NCBI GenBank assembly: GCA_030390025.1
Contig: JASTWF010000361.1
Coordinates: 186,001-250,000 of the forward strand
Source of the DNA: Squalus acanthias
Taxonomy: Eukaryota
Direction: 5' to 3'
DNA length: 64,000 nucleotides
In this document: one piece after another, positions 1 to 12,200 of the stretch
Layout of the letters: each line of letters opens with the position of its first letter
How positions within the stretch are numbered: the stretch's first letter is position 1
Notes under the pieces: model-generated
Databases searched by the model: none
The model's input: only the letters and a program-made list of their open reading frames with translations
What the model was told of the DNA's origin: nothing
Program-made: the position numbers and the translations under genes

Positions 1-426
1 AGTGACAGACCTTAACCACCAGTACTGTACCCAAGTGTTATACAGTGACAGACCTGTACCCACCATTACTGTACCCGTGTTATACAGTGACAGACCTGTA
101 CCCACCAGTACTGTGTTCGTGTTATACTGTGACAGACCTGTACCCACCAGTACTGTACCCCAGAGTTATACAGTGACAGACCTGTACCCACCAGTACTGT
201 ACCCCAGTGTTATACAGTGACAGACCTGTACCCACCAGCACTGTGCCCCAGTTGTGAACAGTGGCAGCCCTGTACCCAACAGTACTGTACCCCAGTGTTA
301 TACAGTGACGGACCTGTACCCACCAGTACTGTGCCCCAGTGTTATACGTTGACAGACCTGTACCCACCAGTACTGTACCCCAGTGCTTTATAGTGACAGA
401 CACTTATTCACCAGTATTTTATCCTT
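1..426 (+). repeat. 44-bp tandem satellite (consensus ~AGTGACAGACCTGTACCCACCAGTACTGTACCCCAGTGTTATAC), about 9-10 copies, running off the left edge
   Basis: AGTGAC unit starts at 1, 44, 86, 172, 216 and 304, giving a spacing of 42-44 bp or multiples. The last copy is degenerate (cacttattcaccagtatt). Confidence 0.93.
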
Positions 427-904
427 GTGAGAGTCAGTGTCTGTGAAACTGTACCCCAGTGAGTGTCAGTGTCTGTGGAACACGTACCCCGGTGAGAGTC
501 AGTGACTGTGGAACCCGTACCCCAGTGAGAGTCAGTGTCTGTGGAAACCGTACCCCAGTGAGAATCAGTGTCTGATGAACTGTACCCCAGTGAGAATCAG
601 TGTCTGTGGAACCGTACCCCAGTGAGAGACAGTGTCTGTGGAACTGTACCCCAGTGAGAGACAGTGTCTGTGGAACTGTACCCCAGTGAGAGTCAGTGCC
701 TGTGGAACTGTACCCCAGTGAGAGTCTGTGTCTGTGGAACTGTACCTTAGTGAGAGTCAGTGTCTGTGGAACTGTACCCCAGTGAGAGTCAGTGTCTGTG
801 GAACCGTACCCCAGTGAGAGTCAGTGCCTGTGGAACTGTACCCCAGTGAGAGTCAGTGCCTGTGGAACTGTACCCCAGTGAGAGTCACTGCCTGTGGAAC
901 CGTA
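427..904 (+). repeat. 32-bp tandem satellite (consensus GTGAGAGTCAGTGTCTGTGGAACTGTACCCCA), about 15 copies
   Basis: Direct periodicity, e.g. CCAGTGAG at 651 and 683; units are 31-33 bp. Confidence 0.95.
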
Positions 905-930
905 GTTCACTAAAAGACATTGTCCATTCA
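905..930 (+). other. Short non-repetitive linker between the 32-bp and 20/21-bp satellites (copy 1)
   Basis: gttcactaaaagacattgtccattca recurs as gctcactaaaagacagtgtccattca at ~3266-3291. Confidence 0.85.
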
Positions 931-1809
931 TCCACAGGCAGGGCCAGTAATCCAGAGGACTGGACTAGTAATCCAGAGGACTGGACTAGTAATCCAGAGG
1001 CTGGACTAGTAATCCAGAGGCTGGACTAGTAATCCAGAGGAATGGACTAGTAATCCAGAGGCTGGACTAGTAATCCAGAGGCTGGACTAGTAATCCAAAG
1101 GCAAGACTAGTAATCCGGAGGCCTGGACTAGTAATCCAGAGTCCTGGGCTATTATTCCAGAGGCTGGGCTAGTATACCAGAGGCTGGACTAGTAATCCAG
1201 AGGACTGGACTAGTAATCCAGAGTCTGAGCTAGTAATCCAAAGGCAAGACTAGTAATCCGGAGACCTGGACAAGTAATCCAGAGGCTGGACTAGTAATCC
1301 AGAGGACTGGACTAGTAATCCAGAGGACTGGACTAGTAATCCAGAGGCTGGACTAGTAATCCAAAGGCAAGACTAGTAATCCGGAGGCCTGGACTAGTAA
1401 TCCAGAGTCCTGGGCTATTAATCCAGAGGCTGGGCTAGTAATCCAGAGGACTGGACTAGTAATCCAGAGGACTGGACTAGTAATCCAGAGTCAAGACTAG
1501 TAATCCAGAGGCTGGGATAGTAATCCAGAGGCTGGGCTAGTAATCCAGAGGCCTGGGCTAGTAATCCAGAGGCCTGGACTAGTAATCCGGAGGCTGGGAT
1601 AGTAATCCAGAGGCTGGGCTAGTAATCCAGTGTCTGGGCTAGTAATCCAGAGGCTGGGCTAGTAATCCAGAGGCTGGGCTAGTAATCCAGAGGCCTGGGC
1701 TAGTAATCCAGAGGCCTGGGCTAGTAATCCAGAGGCTGGGCTAGTAATCCAGACGCTGGGCTAGTAATCCAGAGGCTGGGCTAGTAATCCAGAGGCTGGG
1801 CTAGTAATC
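931..1809 (+). repeat. 20/21-bp satellite, short first block (about 43 monomers)
   Basis: Tandem CTAGTAATCCAGAGG(A/C)CTGG(A/G). Internal duplication marked by aaaggcaagactag at ~1097, ~1240 and ~1363. Confidence 0.95.
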
Positions 1810-1915
1810 AGTATCAGTACTGTGCCCCAGTGTTATACAGTGACAGACCGGTACCCACCAGTACTGTACCCCAGTGCTTTATAGTGACAGACACTTATTC
1901 ACCAGTATTGTATCC
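1810..1915 (+). repeat. 44-bp satellite, about 2.3 copies (start of the second composite unit)
   Basis: Near-identical to 324-426, including the diagnostic cagtgctttatagtgacagacacttattcaccagtatt. Confidence 0.9.
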
Positions 1916-3265
1916 CAGTGAGCGTCAGTGTCTCTGAAACTGTACCCCAGTGAATGTCAGTGTCTGTGGTACGGTACCCCAGTGAGAGTCAGTGTCTGTG
2001 GAACGGTACCCCAGTGAGATTCAGTGTCTGTGGAACCCATACCCCAGTGAGAGTTAGTGTCTATGGAACCGTACCCCAGTGAGAGTCAGTGTCTGTGGAA
2101 CACGTACCCAGTGAGAGTCAGTGACTGTGGAACCCGTACCCCAGTAAGAGTCAGCGTGTGTGGAAACCGTACTCCAGTGAGAGTCAGTGTCTGTGGAATC
2201 GTACCCTAGTGAGAGTCAGTGTCTGTGGAACACGTACCCAGTGAGAGTCAGTGACTTTGGAACCCGTACCCCAGTAAGAGTCAGCGTGTGTGGAAACCGT
2301 ACCCCAGTGACAGTCAGTGTCTGTGGAACTGTATCCCAGTGAGAGTCTGTGTCTTTGGAACTGTACCGCAGTGAGAGTCAGTGTCTGTGGAACCGTACCC
2401 CAGTGAGAGTCATTGTCTGTGGAACCGTACCCCAGTGAGAATCAGTGTCTGTGGAAATGTACCCCAGTGAGAATCCGTGTCTGTGGAACCGTACCCCAGT
2501 GAAAGACAGTGTCTGTGGAACTGTACCTCAGTGAGAGTCAGTGTCTGTTTAACTGTACTCCAGTGAGAATCAGTGTCTGTGGAGCTGTACCCCAGTGAGA
2601 GTCAGTGTCTGTAGAACTGTACCCAAGTGAGAGTCAGTGTCTGTGGAACTGTACTACAGTGAGAATCAGTGTCTGTGGAACTATACCCCAGTGAGAGTCA
2701 GTGTCTGTGGAACTGTACCCCAGTGAGAGACAGTGTCTGTGGAACTGTACCTCAGTGAGAGTCAGTGTCTGTTTAACTGTACTCCAGTGAGAATCAGTGT
2801 CTGTGGAGCTGTACCCCAGTGAGAGTCAGTGTCTGTAGAACTGTACCCAAGTGAGAGTCAGTGTCTGTGGAACTGTACTACAGTGAGAATCAGTGTCTGT
2901 GGAACTATACCCCAGTGAGAGTCAGTGTCTGTGGAACTGTACCCCAGTGAGAGTCAGTGCCCGTGGATCCCGTACCAGAGTGAGAGTCCGTGTCTGTGGA
3001 ACCCGTACCCAAGTGAGAGTCAGTGTATCTGGAACCCGTACCCCAGTGACAGTCAGTGTCTGTGGAACTGTACCCCAGTGAGAATCAGTGTCGGTGGAAC
3101 TGTACCCCAGTGAGAGTCAGTGTCTGTGGAACCTGTACCCCAGTGAGAGTCAGTGCCTGTGGAACTGTACCCCAGTGAGAGTCAGTGTCTGTGGAACTGT
3201 ACCCCAGTGAGAGTCAGTGCCTGTGGAACTGTACCCCAGTGAGAGTCACTGCCTGTGGAACTGTA
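1916..3265 (+). repeat. 32-bp satellite, about 42 copies, with internal 130-bp (4-mer) and 224-bp (7-mer) duplications
   Basis: Same consensus as 427-904. cacgtacccagtgagagtcagtgact at 2101 and 2231; gtttaactgtactcc at 2547 and 2771. Confidence 0.95.
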
Positions 3266-3291
3266 GCTCACTAAAAGACAGTGTCCATTCA
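3266..3291 (+). other. Short non-repetitive linker (copy 2)
   Basis: Paralogue of 905-930 with about 2 differences. Confidence 0.85.
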
Positions 3292-6200
3292 TCCAGAGGC
3301 TGGGCTAGTAATCCAGAGGCCAGGACTAGTAATACAGAGGACTGGACTAGTAATACAGAGGACTGGACTAGTAATCCAGAGGCTGGACTAGTAATCCAGA
3401 GGCGTGGACTAGTAATCCAGAGGCTGGACTAGTAATCCACATGCTGGGCTAGTAATCCAGAGGCAAGACTAGTAAACCAGAGTCCTGGGCTGGTAATGCA
3501 GAGGTCTGGGCTAGTAATCCAGAGGACTGGACTAGTAATCCAGAGGCCTGGGCTAGTAATCCAGAGGCCTGGGCTAGTAATCCAGAGGCTGGGCTAGTAA
3601 TCCAGAGGCTGGGCTAGTAATCCAGAGTCTGGACTAGTAATCCAGAGGCTTGGATTAGTAATCCAGAGGCTGGGCTAGTAATCCAAAGGCTGGACTAGTA
3701 ATTCAGAGCCTGGGCTAGTAATCCAGTGACCTGGGCTAGTAATCCAGAGGCTGGGCTAGTAATCCAGAGGCCTGGGTTAGTATCCAGTGACCTGGGCTAG
3801 TAATCCAGTGGCTGGGCTAGTAATCCAGAGGCCTGGACTAGTAATCCAGTGACCTGGGCTTAAATCCAGAGGCTGGGCTAGTAATCCAGTGACCTGGGCT
3901 AGTAATCCGGAGGCTGGGCTAGGAATCCAGAGGCCTGGGCTAGTAATCCAGTGACCTGGGCTAGTAATCCAAAGGCTGGAATATTAACCCAGAGCCTGGA
4001 CTAGTAATCCAGCGGCCTGGACTAGTAATCCAGAGGACTGGGCTAGTAATCCAGAGGACTGGACTAGTATTCCAGAGGCTGATCTCGTAATCCAGAGGAC
4101 TGGGCCAGTAATCCAGAGGCCTGGACTAGTAATCCAGAGGCTGGGCTAGTAATCCAGTGACCTGGGCTAGTAATCCAGAGGACTGGGCTAGTAATCCAGA
4201 GGCCTGGACCAGTAACCCAGAGGCCTGAACTAGTAATCCAGAGGCTGGGCTAGTAATCCAGAGGTCTGGGGTAGTAATCCAGTGGCTGGGCTAGTAATCC
4301 AGAGGCTGGACTAGTAATCCAGAGTACATGGCAAGTAATCTAAAGGACTGCGCAAGTAATCCAGAGGCTGGACTAGTAATATAGAGGACAGGGCAAGTAA
4401 TCCAGAGGCCTGGGATAGTAATCCAGAGGCTGGGCTAGTAATCCAGAGGCTGGGCTAGTAATCCAGAGGCATGGACTAGTAGTCCAGAGGACTGGGCTAG
4501 TAATCCAGAGGCTGGGCTAGTAATCCAGAGGCATGGACTAGTAATCCAGAGGACTAGACTAGTAATCCAGAGGCTGGGCTAGTAATCCAGAGGCTGGGCT
4601 AGTAATCCAGAGCCTGGACTGGTAATCCAGAGGATTTGGCTAGTAATCTAAAGGCCTGGAGTAGTAATCCAGACGCTGGGCTAGTAATCCAGAAACTGGA
4701 CTAGTAATCCAGAAACTGGACTCATAATCCAGAAGATGGACTAGTATTCCAGAGGCTGGGCTAGCAATGCAGAGGTTGGAATTGTAATCCAGAGGCATGG
4801 ACTAATAATCCAGAGTCCTGGCCTTGTAATCCAGCGGCCTGGGCTAGTAATCCAGAGGCTGGGCTAGTAATACAGAGGCTGGGCTAGTAATCCAGAAGTC
4901 TGAGCTAGTAATCCAGAGGCCTGGGCAAGTGATCTGGAGGCTGGGTTGATAATCCAGAGGCCTAGACTAGTAAACCAGATGCTGGGTTAGTAATCCAGAG
5001 GCCTGGACTAGTAATCCAGAGGCCGGGCTAGTAATTCAGAGCTCACGGCTAGTAATCCCGAGGCCTGGGCTAGTAATCCAGAGGCCTGGGCTAGTAAACC
5101 AGAGGCCTGGGCAGTAATCCAGAGCTCGCGGCTAGTAATCCCGAAGGCTGGGCTAGTAATCCAGACGCTGGGCTAGTAATCCAGAAGCCTGGGCTAGTAA
5201 TCCAGAGGTCTGAGCTAGTAATCCAGAGGCTGGGCTAGTAATCCAGAAGCCAGGACTAGTAATACAGAGGACTGGACTAGTAATACAGAGGACTGGACTA
5301 GTAATCCAGAGGCTGGACTAGTAATCCAGAGGCGTGGACTAGTAATCCAGAGGCTGGACTAGTAATCCACATGCTGGGCTAGTAATCCAGAGGCAAGACT
5401 AGTAAACCAGAGTCCTGGGCTGGTAATCCAGAGGTCTGGGCTAGTAATCCAGAGGACTGGACTAGTAATCCAGAGGCCTGGGCTAGTAATCCAGAGGCCT
5501 GGGCTAGTAATCCAGAGGCTGGGCTAGTAATCCAGAGGCTGGGCTAGTAATCCAGAGTCTGGACTAGTAATCCAGAGGCTTGGATTAGTAATCCAGAGGC
5601 TGGGCTAGTAATCCAAAGGCTGGACTAGTAATTCAGAGCCTGGGCTAGTAATCCAGTGACCTGGGCTAGTAATCCAGAGGCTGGGCTAGTAATCCAGAGG
5701 CCTGGGTTAGTATCCAGTGACCTGGGCTAGTAATCCAGTGGCTGGGCTAGTAATCCAGAGGCCTGGACTAGTAATCCAGTGACCTGGGCTTAAATCCAGA
5801 GGCTGGGCTAGTAATCCAGTGACCTGGGCTAGTAATCCGGAGGCTGGGCTAGGAATCCAGAGGCCTGGGCTAGTAATCCAGTGACCTGGGCTAGTAATCC
5901 AAAGGCTGGAATATTAACCCAGAGCCTGGACTAGTAATCCAGCGGCCTGGACTAGTAATCCAGAGGACTGGGCTAGTAATCCAGAGGACTGGACTAGTAT
6001 TCCAGAGGCTGATCTCGTAATCCAGAGGACTGGGCCAGTAATCCAGAGGCCTGGACTAGTAATCCAGAGGCTGGGCTAGTAATCCAGTGACCTGGGCTAG
6101 TAATCCAGAGGACTGGGCTAGTAATCCAGAGGCCTGGACCAGTAACCCAGAGGCCTGAACTAGTAATCCAGAGGCTGGGCTAGTAATCCAGAGGTCTGGG

Positions 6201-9200
6201 GTAGTAATCCAGTGGCTGGGCTAGTAATCCAGAGGCTGGACTAGTAATCCAGAGTACATGGCAAGTAATCTAAAGGACTGCGCAAGTAATCCAGAGGCTG
6301 GACTAGTAATACAGAGGACAGGGCAAGTAATCCAGAGGCCTGGGATAGTAATCCAGAGGCTGGGCTAGTAATCCAGAGGCTGGGCTAGTAATCCAGAGGC
6401 ATGGACTAGTAGTCCAGAGGACTGGGCTAGTAATCCAGAGGCTGGGCTAGTAATCCAGAGGCATGGACTAGTAATCCAGAGGACTGGACTAGTAATCCAG
6501 AGGCTGGGCTAGTAATCCAGAGGCTGGGCTAGTAATCCAGAGCCTGGACTGGTAATCCAGAGGATTTGGCTAGTAATCTAAAGGCCTGGAGTAGTAATCC
6601 AGACGCTGGGCTAGTAATCCAGAAACTGGACTAGTAATCCAGAAACTGGACTCATAATCCAGAAGATGGACTAGTATTCCAGAGGCTGGGCTAGCAATGC
6701 AGAGGTTGGAATTGTAATCCAGAGGCATGGACTAATAATCCAGAGTCCTGGCCTTGTAATCCAGCGGCCTGGGCTAGTAATCCAGAGGCTGGGCTAGTAA
6801 TACAGAGGCTGGGCTAGTAATCCAGAAGTCTGAGCTAGTAATCCAGAGGCCTGGGCAAGTGATCTGGAGGCTGGGTTGATAATCCAGAGGCCTAGACTAG
6901 TAAACCAGATGCTGGGTTAGTAATCCAGAGGCCTGGACTAGTAATCCAGAGTTGGGCTAGTAATTCAGAGCTCACGGCTAGTAATCCCGAGGCCTGGGCT
7001 AGTAATCCAGAGGCCTGGGCTAGTAAACCAGAGGCCTGGGCAGTAATCCAGAGCTCGCGGCTAGTAATCCCGAAGGCTGGGCTAGTAATCCAGACGCTGG
7101 GCTAGTAATCCAGAAGCCTGGGCTAGTAATCCAGAGGTCTGAGCTAGTAATCCAGAGGCTGGGCTAGTAATCCAGAAGCCTGGGCTAGTAATCCAGAGGC
7201 TGGGCTAGTAATCCAGAAGCCTGGGCTAGTAATCCAGAAGCCTGGGCTAGTAATCCAGAGGCTGGGCTAGTAATCCAGAAGCCTCGGCTAGTAATCCAGA
7301 AGCCTGGGCTAGTAATCCAGAAGCCTGGGCTAGTAATCCAGAGGCTGGGCTATTAATCCAGCGGATGGGCTAGTAATCCAGAGGCCTGGATTAGTAATCC
7401 AGAGTCCTGGACTAGTAATCCAGAGGCCTGGACTAGTAATCCAGAGGCTGGGCTATTAATCCAGCAGATGGGCTAGTAATCCAGAGGCCTGGATTAGTAA
7501 TCCAGAGTCCTGGACTAGTAATCCAGAGGCCTGGACTAGTAATCCAGAGGCTGGACTAGTAATCCAGAGCCCTGGACTAGCAATCCAGAGTCCTGGACTA
7601 GTAATCCAGAGGCCTGGGCTAGTAATCCAGAGGCTGGGCTAGTAATCCAGAGGCTGGGCTAGTTATCCAGAGGCCCAGACTAGTAATCTAGACGCTGGGC
7701 TAGTAATCCAGAGGCTGGGCTAGTTATCCAGAGGCCTTGGCTAGTAATCCACAGGCCTGGACTAGTAATCCATTGGCCTGGACTGGTAATCCAGAGGCTG
7801 GGCTAGAAATCCAGAGGCCTAGGCTAATAATGCAGAGGCTGGACTAGTAATCCAGAGTCCTGGACTAGTAATCCAGAGTCCTGGACTAGTAATCCAGAGT
7901 CCTGGACTAGTAATCCAGAGGCTGGGCTAGTAATCCAGAGGCTGGGCTAGTAATACAGAGGCTGGGCTAGTAATCCCGAGACCTGGGCTAGTAATCCAGA
8001 GGCTGGGCTAGTAATACAGAGGCTGGGCTAGTAATCGAGAGGCTGGGCTAGTAATACAGAGGCTGGGCTAGTAATCCAGAGGGCTGGGCTAGTAATCCAG
8101 AGGCTGGGCTAGTAATACAGAGGCTGGGCTAGTAATCCAGAGTCTGGACTAGTAATCCAGAGGCTTGGATTAGTAATCCAGAGGCTGGGCTAGTAATCCA
8201 AAGGCTGGACTAGTAATTCAGAGCCTGGGCTAGTAATCCAGTGACCTGGGCTAGTAATCCAGAGGCTGGGCTAGTAATCCAGAGGCCTGGGTTAGTATCC
8301 AGTGACCTGGGCTAGTAATCCAGTGGCTGGGCTAGTAATCCAGAGGCCTGGACTAGTAATCCAGTGACCTGGGCTTAAATCCAGAGGCTGGGCTAGTAAT
8401 CCAGTGACCTGGGCTAGTAATCCGGAGGCTGGGCTAGGAATCCAGAGGCCTGGGCTAGTAATCCAGTGACCTGGGCTAGTAATCCAAAGGCTGGAATATT
8501 AACCCAGAGCCTGGACTAGTAATCCAGCGGCCTGGACTAGTAATCCAGAGGACTGGGCTAGTAATCCCGGGGACTGCACTAGTATTCCAGAGGCTGATCT
8601 CGTAATCCAGAGGACTGGGCCAGTAATCCAGAGGCCTGGACTAGTAATCCAGAGGCTGGGCTAGTAATCCAGTGACCTGGGCTAGTAATCCAGAGGACTG
8701 GGCTAGTAATCCAGAGGCCTGGACCAGTAACCCAGAGGCCTGAACTAGTAATCCAGAGGCTGGGCTAGTAATCCAGAGGTCTGGGGTAGTAATCCAGTGG
8801 CTGGGCTAGTAATCCAGAGGCTGGACTAGTAATCCAGAGTACATGGCAAGTAATCTAAAGGACTGCGCAAGTAATCCAGAGGCTGGACTAGTAATACAGA
8901 GGACAGGGCAAGTAATCCAGAGGCCTGGGATAGTAATCCAGAGGCTGGGCTAGTAATCCAGAGGCTGGGCTAGTAATCCAGAGGCATGGACTAGTAGTCC
9001 AGAGGACTGGGCTAGTAATCCAGAGGCTGGGCTAGTAATCCAGAGGCATGGACTAGTAATCCAGAGGACTGGACTAGTAATCCAGAGGCTGGGCTAGTAA
9101 TCCAGAGGCTGGGCTAGTAATCCAGAGCCTGGACTGGTAATCCAGAGGATTTGGCTAGTAATCTAAAGGCCTGGAGTAGTAATCCAGACGCTGGGCTAGT

Positions 9201-12200
9201 AATCCAGAAACTGGACTAGTAATCCAGAAACTGGACTCATAATCCAGAAGATGGACTAGTATTCCAGAGGCTGGGCTAGCAATGCAGAGGTTGGAATTGT
9301 AATCCAGAGGCATGGACTAATAATCCAGAGTCCTGGCCTTGTAATCCAGCGGCCTGGGCTAGTAATCCAGAGGCTGGGCTAGTAATACAGAGGCTGGGCT
9401 AGTAATCCAGAAGTCTGAGCTAGTAATCCAGAGGCCTGGGCAAGTGATCTGGAGGCTGGGTTGATAATCCAGAGGCCTAGACTAGTAAACCAGATGCTGG
9501 GTTAGTAATCCAGAGGCCTGGACTAGTAATCCAGAGGCCGGGCTAGTAATTCAGAGCTCACGGCTAGTAATCCCGAGGCCTGGGCTAGTAATCCAGAGGC
9601 CTGGGCTAGTAAACCAGAGGCCTGGGCAGTAATCCAGAGCTCGCGGCTAGTAATCCCGAAGGCTGGGCTAGTAATCCAGACGCTGGGCTAGTAATCCAGA
9701 AGCCTGGGCTAGTAATCCAGAGGTCTGAGCTAGTAATCCAGAGGCTGGGCTAGTAATCCAGAAGCCAGGACTAGTAATACAGAGGACTGGACTAGTAATA
9801 CAGAGGACTGGACTAGTAATCCAGAGGCTGGACTAGTAATCCAGAGGCGTGGACTAGTAATCCAGAGGCTGGACTAGTAATCCACATGCTGGGCTAGTAA
9901 TCCAGAGGCAAGACTGGTAAACCAGAGTCCTGGGCTGGTAATCCAGAGGACTGGACTAGTAATCCAGAGGCCTGGGCTAGTAATCCAGAGGCCTGGGCTA
10001 GTAATCCAGAGGCTGGGCTAGTAATCCAGAGGCTGGGCTAGTAATCCAGAGTCTGGACTAGTAATCCAGAGGCTTGGATTAGTAATCCAGAGGCTGGGCT
10101 AGTAATCCAAAGGCTGGACTAGTAATTCAGAGCCTGGGCTAGTAATCCAGTGACCTGGGCTAGTAATCCAGAGGCTGGGCTAGTAATCCAGAGGCCTGGG
10201 TTAGTATCCAGTGACCTGGGCTAGTAATCCAGTGGCTGGGCTAGTAATCCAGAGGCCTGGACTAGTAATCCAGTGACCTGGGCTTAAATCCAGAGGCTGG
10301 GCTAGTAATCCAGTGACCTGGGCTAGTAATCCGGAGGCTGGGCTAGGAATCCAGAGGCCTGGGCTAGTAATCCAGTGACCTGGGCTAGTAATCCAAAGGC
10401 TGGAATATTAACCCAGAGCCTGGACTAGTAATCCAGCGGCCTGGACTAGTAATCCAGAGGACTGGGCTAGTAATCCAGAGGACTGGACTAGTATTCCAGA
10501 GGCTGATCTCGTAATCCAGAGGACTGGGCCAGTAATCCAGAGGCCTGGACTAGTAATCCAGAGGCTGGGCTAGTAATCCAGTGACCTGGGCTAGTAATCC
10601 AGAGGACTGGGCTAGTAATCCAGAGGCCTGGACCAGTAACCCAGAGGCCTGAACTAGTAATCCAGAGGCTGGGCTAGTAATCCAGAGGTCTGGGGTAGTA
10701 ATCCAGTGGCTGGGCTAGTAATCCAGAGGCTGGACTAGTAATCCAGAGTACATGGCAAGTAATCTAAAGGACTGCGCAAGTAATCCAGAGGCTGGACTAG
10801 TAATACAGAGGACAGGGCAAGTAATCCAGAGGCCTGGGATAGTAATCCAGAGGCTGGGCTAGTAATCCAGAGGCTGGGCTAGTAATCCAGAGGCATGGAC
10901 TAGTAGTCCAGAGGACTGGGCTAGTAATCCAGAGGCTGGGCTAGTAATCCAGAGGCATGGACTAGTAATCCAGCGGATGGGCTAGTAATCCAGAGGCCTG
11001 GATTAGTAATCCAGAGTCCTGGACTAGTAATCCAGAGGCCTGGACTAGTAATCCAGAGGCTGGGCTATTAATCCAGCAGATGGGCTAGTAATCCAGAGGC
11101 CTGGATTAGTAATCCAGAGTCCTGGGCTAGTAATCCAGAGGCCTGGACTAGTAATCCAGAGGCTGGACTAGTAATCCAGAGCCCTGGACTAGCAATCCAG
11201 AGTCCTGGACTAGTAATCCAGAGGCCTGGGCTAGTAATCCAGAGGCTGGGCTAGTAATCCAGAGGCTGGGCTAGTTATCCAGAGGCCCAGACTAGTAATC
11301 TAGACGCTGGGCTAGTAATCCAGAGGCTGGGCTAGTTATCCAGAGGCCTTGGCTAGTAATCCACAGGCCTGGACTAGTAATCCATTGGCCTGGACTGGTA
11401 ATCCAGAGGCTGGGCTAGAAATCCAGAGGCCTAGGCTAATAATGCAGAGGCTGGACTAGTAATCCAGAGTCCTGGACTAGTAATCCAGAGTCCTGGACTA
11501 GTAATCCAGAGTCCTGGACTAGTAATCCAGAGGCTGGGCTAGTAATCCAGAGGCTGGGCTAGTAATACAGAGGCTGGGCTAGTAATCCCGAGACCTGGGC
11601 TAGTAATCCAGAGGCTGGGCTAGTAATACAGAGGCTGGGCTAGTAATCGAGAGGCTGGGCTAGTAATACAGAGGCTGGGCTAGTAATCCAGAGGGCTGGG
11701 CTAGTAATCCAGAGGCTGGGCTAGTAATACAGAGGCTGGGCTGTGATCCAGAGGCTGGGCTAGTAATCCAGAGGCTGGGCTAGTAATCCAGAGGCTGGGC
11801 TAGTAATCCAGAGGCCTGGGCTAGTAAACCAGAGGCCTGGACAGTAATCCAGAGGCTGGGCTAGTAATCCAGAGGCTGGACTAGTAATCCAGAGGCCTGG
11901 GCAAGTAATCCTGTGGGCTGGACTAGTAATCCAGAGGCTGGACTAGTAATCCATAGGCTGGAGTAGTAATCCAGAGGCTCGTCTAGTAATCCAGAGGTCT
12001 GGACTAGTAATCCAGTGGCTGGGCTAGTAATCCAGAGTCCTGGACTAGTAATCCAGAGGCTGGGCTAGTAATCCAGAGTTCTGGACTAGTAATCCAGAGT
12101 CCTGGACGAGTAATCCAGAGTCCTGGACTAGTAATCCAGAGGCCTGGACTAGTAATCCAGATGCTGGGCTAGTAATCCAGAGGCCTGGACTGGTAATCCA

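Noticed and set aside
2..3113. ORFs in the 44-bp and 32-bp satellites
   Set aside because: Repeat-derived, overlapping in several frames, with no domain content.
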